A stretch of 13,031 nt of DNA from Candidatus Heimdallarchaeota archaeon (lineage in GTDB: Archaea; Asgardarchaeota; Heimdallarchaeia; Heimdallarchaeales; DAOWED01), in contig DAOWED010000050.1 of NCBI GenBank assembly GCA_030638685.1, positions 1 through 13,031 of the forward strand, read 5' to 3'. Of this stretch, positions 6,693-13,031 are shown piece after piece. The notes beneath the pieces were generated by a model. The model searched no databases, was not told the origin of the DNA, and saw nothing but the letters and a program-made list of their open reading frames with translations. Numbering within the stretch: the first letter of the stretch is position 1; the number at the start of each line of letters is the position of its first letter. Both the position numbers and the translations under genes were made by a program.

Positions 6693-6824
6693 TGATTATC
6701 AACAGAAAATTCTTGATAGAAGATAAAAAACTTACCATAAAAAAAAGAATCTGATGAAAAATTTAAGGCTAATTTGATTGTTTGACATTGACAGTTTGTC
6801 GAGAAAATCAACGAAACGTGAAGT

Positions 6825-6832
6825 CTTATATT
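6825..6832 (+). promoter_or_regulatory. TATA-like box upstream of hyuA (candidate archaeal promoter, near-leaderless transcript)
   Basis: The sequence cTTATATt is centred about 25 nt upstream of the GTG start at 6854. There is no SD between it and the start codon. Confidence 0.3.
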
Positions 6833-6853
6833 GGGAAGTATAATTAGTAATAT

Positions 6854-8929
6854 GTGGAAACAGCTAAAGGCATAAGAATTGGGATTGATACAGGAGGTAC
6901 TTTCACCGATTTAATCGCTATTGACGAGAGGGAAACGACAAATCTTCATAAAGTACCATCTACTCCTGAAAACCCGGAAAAAGCAGTTATCACTGGAATA
7001 ATGGAGCTTCTTAGCAAAATTTCTAGAACTCCCGAAGATGTGGTACAAATCATTCATGGTAGCACGGTAGGCGTTAATGCTCTCCTTCAAGGTGATTATC
7101 CCGAAACCGCCTTAATAACAACTCAAGGTTTTGCTGATGTAATTGAGATTGGGCGGCAAAGAAGACCCTTTTTGTATAGTTTAGGGGCTCAACCGCTTTT
7201 AACCTTACTTCCTCAAAAGAATAGGTTTGAGATCGAAGAAAGGCTTGATTCAAAAGGAAAAGAGATTGTTCCTTTATCTCTGAAGACTATTTCTTCAATT
7301 AAAGAGCAGATTAAAGATCGAAAAATAAAATCAGTGGCAATATGTTTATTGTTTTCCTTTTTAAACCCAAAACATGAACAATTAGTTAAAAAAGAACTAG
7401 AGGATTTGGATATTCATATTTCGTTATCGAGTGAAGTAGCACCAGTAATTCGAGAATATGAACGAACAGTAACAACTGTAGTAAACGCATTGGTGACACC
7501 TGTCCTCCAAAAATATCTTTCAAAACTGGAGAATGAACTTAAGGAGCTGGGTTTTAAGAGCAAATTACAGATTATGAAATCAAATACTGGAGTAGCAACA
7601 TTATCTGAAATAAAAAATAGAGCAGTGAACTCTCTTCTTGGAGGATTAGCCGGAGGAGTAATGGCAGGAACAGCTAGTGCCCGAAGTGAAAATCTAAACC
7701 ATGTAATTACTTTTGATATAGGAGGGACGAGTTGTGACGTTTCAACAATTGAAGAGAAGAACCCTAGCTTAAAGGACCATTTTGAGATTGGGGGTTATAA
7801 AGTAATGTCTCCATCAGTCGAAGTAGAAACAATAGGTGCCGGAGGAGGGTCAATTGCAAAAATTGAGGAAGGGTTACTATTAGTGGGTCCAGAGAGTCAA
7901 GGGGCAGATCCCGGACCAGCATGTTATAATTTGGGTGGAACAAAAGCAACGGTAACTGATGCCAACCTTACACTAGGGATACTTGATCCTGAAAACTTTG
8001 CAGGACAAGAGAAAGGGTTAAACGTCAAAAGATCGCGTGAAGTAATTGAAAAAATAGCAGACCAAGTAGAATTAAGTTTACTGGATACGGCACGAGGGAT
8101 AAGAAAAATACTGAATAATAATATGGCACATGCTATTAGAAAACTAACTATAGAAAGAGGAAGGGATCCAAGAAATTATGTGCTTATTCCTTTTGGAGGG
8201 GCAGGACCTGTTCATGCAATAGATATAGCTGTTGAATTAAATATCCCAAAAGTAGCTATCCCTCCCTATCCGGGAATATGGTCAGCTATGGGTCTTTTGG
8301 ATAGTGAAACAAAAATAGATTTCATGCAGACTATTTTATTGGAATGTAAGAAAGAAAATGAAGCATCTATCAATGATATATTTGCTAGTCTAAAAGACAA
8401 AGCCCTTGATCAACTTATTTCTGATAACTTGAATGTGGATATGGCCATCTTTGGATATCAAGCCTCAATACAGTATGAGGGACAAGGATACAGCCTCCAA
8501 TTACCCCTTGAAATAGAAGAGCTCAACCTGATTGACTTGAGAAAAGAATTTGATAAGACTCATCAGAAAAGATACCAATGGAATGATGAACAAAGAGAAG
8601 TGAAAATTGTTGATCTATGGATCACAGTCAGTTTATCCCAAGAAAAAGTTCCGGAGCAAAAACTTGACAGAGGGAATCAAAACCCTCCAAAAACAGCTCT
8701 AATTGGCAAAAGAGAAGTTTATCTGGATGATGGTGATGTTGAAACTTGTACCGTTTATGATAGAAAATATCTTTTAGCTGACAATAAGGTTTCTGGACCG
8801 GCAATCATTCAACAGATGGATTCAACCAGTTATATTCCTTCAGGTGTTTATGCAGAAGTAACAGAGACAGGCTATCTCATGATAAATACGGAACCTTTGC
8901 TTTCAGAAAGCAATGAAAGGAGGAATTGA
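6854..8929 (+). CDS. hyuA: Hydantoinase/oxoprolinase family, A (HyuA-type, ATP-binding) subunit
   Basis: Diagnostic motifs are the N-terminal IGIDTGGTFTD, the second actin-like ATPase phosphate motif FDIGGTSCDVS, and GGAGPVHA. The 691-aa length is typical. The start codon is GTG at 6854, as in the track. Confidence 0.92.
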   Translation: METAKGIRIGIDTGGTFTDLIAIDERETTNLHKVPSTPENPEKAVITGIMELLSKISRTPEDVVQIIHGSTVGVNALLQGDYPETALITTQGFADVIEIGRQRRPFLYSLGAQPLLTLLPQKNRFEIEERLDSKGKEIVPLSLKTISSIKEQIKDRKIKSVAICLLFSFLNPKHEQLVKKELEDLDIHISLSSEVAPVIREYERTVTTVVNALVTPVLQKYLSKLENELKELGFKSKLQIMKSNTGVATLSEIKNRAVNSLLGGLAGGVMAGTASARSENLNHVITFDIGGTSCDVSTIEEKNPSLKDHFEIGGYKVMSPSVEVETIGAGGGSIAKIEEGLLLVGPESQGADPGPACYNLGGTKATVTDANLTLGILDPENFAGQEKGLNVKRSREVIEKIADQVELSLLDTARGIRKILNNNMAHAIRKLTIERGRDPRNYVLIPFGGAGPVHAIDIAVELNIPKVAIPPYPGIWSAMGLLDSETKIDFMQTILLECKKENEASINDIFASLKDKALDQLISDNLNVDMAIFGYQASIQYEGQGYSLQLPLEIEELNLIDLRKEFDKTHQKRYQWNDEQREVKIVDLWITVSLSQEKVPEQKLDRGNQNPPKTALIGKREVYLDDGDVETCTVYDRKYLLADNKVSGPAIIQQMDSTSYIPSGVYAEVTETGYLMINTEPLLSESNERRN

Positions 8930-8930
8930 T

Positions 8931-10508
8931 ATGGTAAAAATAAAAGATCCAATTACTGCCCAAGTGATCAATAATGCCCTAATTAATTCTGCTGAAGAAG
9001 CAGGATTAGCATTACAATTGAGTGCTTTTTCACCTAATATTAGAGAAAGGCTTGATTTTTCAACAGCAATATATGATGCAAACGGATTATTATTAGCACA
9101 AGCTGAACACATTCCAGTACACTTAGGGGCAATGATTGAGGGAGTTAAATTTCTTAATGAACAGTTTGAATTTACTAAGCTTGATAAAAATGATATAATT
9201 ATCAATAATGATCCTTATCTGGGAGGAACTCATCTTCCTGATATTTCATTAACGGCTCCTATCTTTGTAGATGAGAAGCTGGTAGGAATAATAACAAATA
9301 GAGCCCATCACGCTGATGTAGGGGGTTTATTACCCGGTTCAATGCCTGGAGGAGAATATACTCTTGATGAAGAGGGCTATGTTATCAAACCTCAGTTTCT
9401 AATAAAGAACAACCAGTGGAATGATACCTTAATGAATGATTTTCTAAGTAAAGTTCGTTCCCCTGAAGGAAGAAAAGGCGATTTACAAGCACAAATAGCT
9501 GGTATAAGAATTGGGCAAAAAAATATTAGGGAATTATGGTCTCAATATCCTCATGAGGTAATAGACGAAACAATAGCCTTTCTTAGAAGAAGGTCTTCAT
9601 TAGGTTTCAACAATATTCTTCAAAGACTTCCAGAAACGATTAATCTGACAGAAGTAGATTTTCTAGATGATGATGGAGTAACAGAAGAACCGGTGAAAAT
9701 AGAAGTAACCCTTACTCGAGAGGGTGACCGATTAATATTCGACTTTAGCAACTCCTCCCCTCAAACTAAAGGAAATATTAATGCACCTCGAGCAGTTAGT
9801 CTTTCTGCAGTTTTTTATGTGATTCGTTCTCTTATTCCATCAACTTACCCTACCAATGCTGGTCTTTATACTAACCTCTCCATTATAACTAAGGAAGGAA
9901 CTGTACTTCACCCATTAACTCCTGCAGGAGTAGCTGGAGGGAATGTTGAAACTTCACAAAGAATTGTCGATGTTGTGCTGAAAGCCTTTTCTCATTTGTT
10001 ACCTAAAGAAATACATGCTGCAAATTGTGGTTCTATGAATAACATTGCAATAGGTTCTGATGAACGCCAATTTACTTACTATGAAACAATAGCTGGTGGA
10101 TTGGGAGCCGGATATGGTTTCAACGGAAGGAATGCTACTCATGCAGCAATGACTAATACTGGAAACACTCCTGTTGAAATTTTGGAAACGGAAACTCCAC
10201 TACGAGTAAATGAATACTCGATTAATTGGTCTGATGAAGGTAATGGAAAATGGAAAGGAGGAAATGGAATTATTAGAGAAGTTGAAATATTAGCAGAACC
10301 GGCTGTTTTATCAATACTAAGTGATCGCAGAAAATTCGCACCATATGGTCTTTTTGGAGGGAAAGATGGTGCAAAAGGAGCAAATTACTTGATCAGAAAT
10401 GAGAAAAAAATCGCTCTAAAAGGAAAAACAACAATGCCTCTTCAGAAAGGAGATATAATTATTATACAAACACCAGGAGGAGGAGGCTACGGCGAAGAAG
10501 AAAGATGA
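8931..10508 (+). CDS. hyuB: Hydantoinase/oxoprolinase family, B (HyuB-type) subunit
   Basis: The N-terminus is DPITAQVINNALINSAEEAGLALQLSAFSPNIRERLDFSTAIYD...IPVHLGAM, and the C-terminal GGGGYG block is typical of PF02538. I place the start at ATG 8931 (MVKIKDP...). That is 1 nt after the hyuA stop (TGA 8927-8929) and has AGGAGG about 7-12 nt upstream. I prefer it to the track's ATG at 8913, which lies inside hyuA. Confidence 0.92.
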   Translation: MVKIKDPITAQVINNALINSAEEAGLALQLSAFSPNIRERLDFSTAIYDANGLLLAQAEHIPVHLGAMIEGVKFLNEQFEFTKLDKNDIIINNDPYLGGTHLPDISLTAPIFVDEKLVGIITNRAHHADVGGLLPGSMPGGEYTLDEEGYVIKPQFLIKNNQWNDTLMNDFLSKVRSPEGRKGDLQAQIAGIRIGQKNIRELWSQYPHEVIDETIAFLRRRSSLGFNNILQRLPETINLTEVDFLDDDGVTEEPVKIEVTLTREGDRLIFDFSNSSPQTKGNINAPRAVSLSAVFYVIRSLIPSTYPTNAGLYTNLSIITKEGTVLHPLTPAGVAGGNVETSQRIVDVVLKAFSHLLPKEIHAANCGSMNNIAIGSDERQFTYYETIAGGLGAGYGFNGRNATHAAMTNTGNTPVEILETETPLRVNEYSINWSDEGNGKWKGGNGIIREVEILAEPAVLSILSDRRKFAPYGLFGGKDGAKGANYLIRNEKKIALKGKTTMPLQKGDIIIIQTPGGGGYGEEER

Positions 10509-10518
10509 CAAAGTTTGG

Positions 10519-11571
10519 TTATTTCAGAGTAAAGACCATTCTTGGCACATCATCGCACCCAGCTTCTTTCACCAAGTTAACGTTTGCTTCAATTAATCCC
10601 TTCTCAAGAAGTTTCTGAACAGCTTGAAAAATGAAAGACGTATATGACAAACCGACTTTGAGGTATTTTTCTGAATATTCTTTTTCTGAGACACCCCAAG
10701 CTTCGGACCAGTGGTGATTATTTGGTTTCAAGTAAAAGTCAATATGTTCCAATCCCTTCCCTTCTTCTTTCAATAAAGAAATAATTTTGTCAGCGATAAT
10801 GTTGATATCTGGTTCTCCAGTTGGAAGCCATTTATTCTCAATTAAGGTTTCAATGTTGATCTTTCCTGGCTTCATAAAAATTAAAGCATTTCTTGGGGCA
10901 GGAAATGGATGAAGCCCTTCAAATATTGGAGCATCAAATCCCCAAAGGAATGAACTGAAAGCTGCTTTTTCTGCATTGACTCCCAAGAAAAGAGGTTGTC
11001 CATTATTTGCGATCCATATACCATCTGTTTCTTTGTCAAAAATGAAGAAAGCGTACATTCCTTCTATTTCTTTACAAGCTTCTCTTATTGCTTCTGCGGT
11101 ATCAGAAATATCCTTTCTTTTCTCAGCAAGTACGTGAAGAAAGACCTCTGAGTCAGTAATGTACTCCTCTCCGTTTAGTGATCCCAATGATTGAAAAGTA
11201 TGATTTTTCCTAAGTTCTTTAAACTGTTTTTCCCACGAAATGATTCCATTGTGAGCCATTACAAAGTCTTTTTCTTCACGTAGGAATGGATGAGCATTTT
11301 CAGATCTATTTTTACCCGGTTCAATCTTTATTGCTAAAGAATACCTTGAGTGAACTATAGACCAAGTTGTTTCAACTTGAAGCTCTTTTTCAAAGTTGGA
11401 TAAAAACTCTTTCACTGGACCTGGTTGCTTGATTACTTTGAGCTCATTGTCTGTTTGAAAAGTAATACCTGTTGCTTGAGCTCCAATATAAGCTTCTTGA
11501 AGAGAAAGAGGTTCTAGTATCTCTTTTAATTGAAAATGATTAGTACTTATTATTCCCGCAAGATGACACAT
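10519..11571 (-). CDS. Class-II (Ntn-type) glutamine amidotransferase-like protein with a C-terminal winged-helix-like extension
   Basis: The protein starts MCHLAGI (nucleophilic Cys2). It then has VHSRYS...NAHPF, AHNGII and ITDSEVFLHVL, which are characteristic of class-II GATase/YafJ-like Ntn domains. About 95 extra C-terminal residues end in FQAVQKLLEKGLIEANVNLVKEAG..RMVFTLK, which looks like a recognition helix plus wing. Confidence 0.82.
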   Translation of the reverse strand: MCHLAGIISTNHFQLKEILEPLSLQEAYIGAQATGITFQTDNELKVIKQPGPVKEFLSNFEKELQVETTWSIVHSRYSLAIKIEPGKNRSENAHPFLREEKDFVMAHNGIISWEKQFKELRKNHTFQSLGSLNGEEYITDSEVFLHVLAEKRKDISDTAEAIREACKEIEGMYAFFIFDKETDGIWIANNGQPLFLGVNAEKAAFSSFLWGFDAPIFEGLHPFPAPRNALIFMKPGKINIETLIENKWLPTGEPDINIIADKIISLLKEEGKGLEHIDFYLKPNNHHWSEAWGVSEKEYSEKYLKVGLSYTSFIFQAVQKLLEKGLIEANVNLVKEAGCDDVPRMVFTLK

Positions 11572-11614
11572 AAAAAGGAATAATTTTTTCTCTTTTTAGA
11601 GATTACTTTAAGTA

Positions 11615-12631
11615 CTACTGGATTGGGAACTTATTGGTATATTCATTTTTTATATGATCTAATGTTACTGAAGCATAAATCTGAGTAGTGTCCAAGCTTG
11701 CATGACCTAATAATGTTTGTAAAACTCTGATATTGAGTCCACCCATTGTTAGATGAGAGGCCATAGAATGACGGAGTTTATGAGGAGAACAACTGCGAAT
11801 CTCCGCTTTTTCAGAATAATGGTTTACAACATGTTGAAGAGTTCTTTTTCCAACCCTTCTTCCTCTGTTGCTTACTAGTAATGCCATCGAAGTATCTTCT
11901 GATATGAATTGCCCATTTATTATTCTTTTATTTAATGTCTCTTTTCTACTTCTATTAGCTGGTTTTATTTTATTCTTAATTAGTTCTTTAGGTGATAATT
12001 CTCTATCAAGATAAAGCTCTAACACAATAGCAGCTCTTTTAGTAAGCATAACTGGCCTATCTTTTCCACCTTTTCCTTCCCTTATCATGATTTGGCCTCC
12101 TGTTTTTTCACCGTTATCGTCTTTATAGAATTTTAGATCTTCAAGGTTCATCTCTTTTAGCTCATTACATCTGCAACCGGTTGCGTATAGAACCTCAAGA
12201 ATTACTTGATGCATTAATGGTTTTTCGTAGTCTAGAAGCTTTTTAACTTCTTCAACTGTCAAAAATTTAGGTAAAGACTTTTTTCGCTTAGGATAGATTA
12301 ATTTTAACGCAGGATCGTTTTCTATCTCTTCTTCATTTTTTAAAAATTTGAAAAATGCTTTTGTTGTGCAAATTCTTCTGTGGATAGATGATGACTTGGC
12401 CTTTCTTTCCTCTCCTAAATAAGTTAGAAAACCTCTTAGATGACTGGTTTTTATATTATCCCAATTAATTCTCTCTTCTCCATTAATTATTCCCTCTCTT
12501 TGGAAATACTTGAATAACAGTTGTAAATCTATTGAATAACTATCAATGGTATTTTGCCTGCTATTCTTTTCATATTTCAGAAAACTCATAAAATTTTTAA
12601 CTTCAGTAGGTAGGTTAGTAATGTTGACCAT
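11615..12631 (-). CDS. Tyrosine recombinase, XerA/XerC/XerD-like
   Basis: The full catalytic set is present in order: ATGCR, REGKGGKDR, HKLRHS, LLGHAS and TQIYASV. The N-terminal core-binding-type domain is (FMSFLKYEKNSRQNTIDSYSIDLQLLFKYF). I prefer the ATG at 12631 (MVNITNL...) over the TTG at 12664 used by the track. Confidence 0.88.
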   Translation of the reverse strand: MVNITNLPTEVKNFMSFLKYEKNSRQNTIDSYSIDLQLLFKYFQREGIINGEERINWDNIKTSHLRGFLTYLGEERKAKSSSIHRRICTTKAFFKFLKNEEEIENDPALKLIYPKRKKSLPKFLTVEEVKKLLDYEKPLMHQVILEVLYATGCRCNELKEMNLEDLKFYKDDNGEKTGGQIMIREGKGGKDRPVMLTKRAAIVLELYLDRELSPKELIKNKIKPANRSRKETLNKRIINGQFISEDTSMALLVSNRGRRVGKRTLQHVVNHYSEKAEIRSCSPHKLRHSMASHLTMGGLNIRVLQTLLGHASLDTTQIYASVTLDHIKNEYTNKFPIQ

Positions 12632-12787
12632 ATTATTTTCATTCCTTTTTCGAGTTATGTGCAATAAGTTAAAACAGTCAGTAATACTGGGATAATATCA
12701 TAGAGTATATAATTATTTCTGAACAATAATTGCAGAATGGGAAAAAGTGCAAAAAGAAAGGATAAAACCAAATTATGAACTAATTTT

Positions 12788-12815
12788 AAAAAAGGTTAAT
12801 GAGCCAAAAAGGCTC
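12788..12815 (-). terminator. Hairpin plus T-tract downstream of the ABC permease gene
   Basis: On the minus strand, about 25 nt after the stop at 12840-12842, the sequence is GAGCC-ttttt-GGCTC (plus-strand 12801-12815; perfect 5-bp stem, 5-nt loop). It is followed by attaaccTTTTTTaaaa (plus-strand A6 at 12788-12793). Confidence 0.35.
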
Positions 12816-12839
12816 AAAGTTCAAAACTATTAGTATCTA

Positions 12840-13031
12840 CTAGTAACTGATACGAGGATCAACTAATGCATAAAGAATGTCCGCCACTAAATTAGCGTAG
12901 ATGACGAGAGTACCGGTGACCAAAGATGTACCCATAATTATTGGCCAATCTCTCTGGAAAGCAGCAGCGATAAACATCATTCCTATACCGGGGTATTGGA
13001 ACACCATTTCTACCATTGCTGCACCACCAAT
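12840..13031 (-). CDS. ABC transporter permease, DppB/OppB-type (peptide/nickel family), C-terminal fragment (partial, continues beyond window)
   Basis: This is not in the ORF track because it has no start in the window. The minus-strand frame is open from nt 13031 and reads IGGAAMVEMVFQYPGIGMMFIAAAFQRDWPIIMGTSLVTGTLVIYANLVADILYALVDPRISY*, with TAG at 12840-12842. The ...F.YPG.G......A...RD.P.......L......N...D..Y...DPRI ending is the hallmark C-terminus of DppB/OppB-family permeases. Confidence 0.85.
   Translation of the reverse strand: MGGAAMVEMVFQYPGIGMMFIAAAFQRDWPIIMGTSLVTGTLVIYANLVADILYALVDPRISY

Noticed and set aside
6782-6793. TTGACATTGACA read as bacterial sigma-70 -35 boxes
   Set aside because: No acceptable -10 hexamer lies 16-18 nt downstream of either copy. 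The TATAAT-like hexamer at 6839-6844 is about 45 nt away. I report the sequence instead as a possible regulator-binding repeat.
7764-7949. 61-aa minus-strand ORF inside hyuA
   Set aside because: It is a shadow ORF opposite a strongly motif-supported gene and shows no translation signals.
8913-8930. Track start codon for hyuB (MKGGIDMVK...)
   Set aside because: This ATG lies inside the hyuA coding region, and its codons spell out the AGGAGG ribosome-binding site for the ATG at 8931. The HyuB family N-terminus aligns from MVKIKDP.
8903-9205. 100-aa minus-strand ORF across the hyuA/hyuB junction
   Set aside because: It is antisense to the conserved HyuB N-terminus. The translation is low-complexity and Ser/Cys/Asn-rich, with no family resemblance.
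12632-12664. TTG-initiated N-terminal extension (MHITRKRNENN) of the recombinase, and similarly the TTG at 2990 for the M28 gene
   Set aside because: In both cases an ATG lies 1-11 codons downstream, and TTG is a rare initiator. The extension adds no recognisable domain. This is not excluded, only less likely.
12737-12778. 13-codon basic micro-ORF (MGKSAKRKDKTKL*) in the recombinase/permease spacer
   Set aside because: It has no SD, it is too short, and Lys-rich peptides are expected by chance in A-rich DNA. It does not match any small ribosomal protein I know.
10519-12839. Integrated mobile element / prophage remnant anchored by the tyrosine recombinase
   Set aside because: I could find no flanking tRNA, no direct repeats, and no phage, plasmid or transposase genes. 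The neighbours are ordinary metabolic genes with the same composition as the rest of the window.

Overview
The window is visibly AT-rich and very tightly packed. I see 12 complete protein-coding genes plus two truncated genes at the window edges. I recognised no rRNA, tRNA, CRISPR array, IS element or prophage block.

Products I can recognise from the translations:
- a TauE/SafE-type anion exporter
- a secreted, C-terminally anchored M28 metallopeptidase (glutaminyl-cyclase-like)
- a PlsY-family acyltransferase
- a translationally coupled hyuA-hyuB pair (hydantoinase/oxoprolinase family)
- a class-II (N-terminal Cys) glutamine amidotransferase carrying an extra winged-helix-like C-terminal domain
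- a Xer-type tyrosine recombinase
- the C-terminus of a DppB/OppB-type ABC permease, which is absent from the supplied ORF track

Four ORFs (535, 287, 79 and 185 aa) are orphans by eye.

Gene-start architecture and protein features suggest an AT-rich archaeon, possibly Asgard/Loki-like. The relevant signals are TATA-like boxes about 25 nt upstream of SD-less starts, GGTG/GGAGG Shine-Dalgarno (SD) sites elsewhere, and oligo-T tracts after stop codons. This lineage call is inference only.

I do not see a coherent multi-gene novel system: no operon of unknowns and no defence-like enzymology. The most interesting single item is the 535-aa protein, which reads as a chain of Roadblock/LC7 (MglB-like) modules. 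After that come a divergent PlsY homologue in a probably archaeal context and the amidotransferase/winged-helix fusion. All fold and family calls come from reading motifs by eye and need profile or structure searches.
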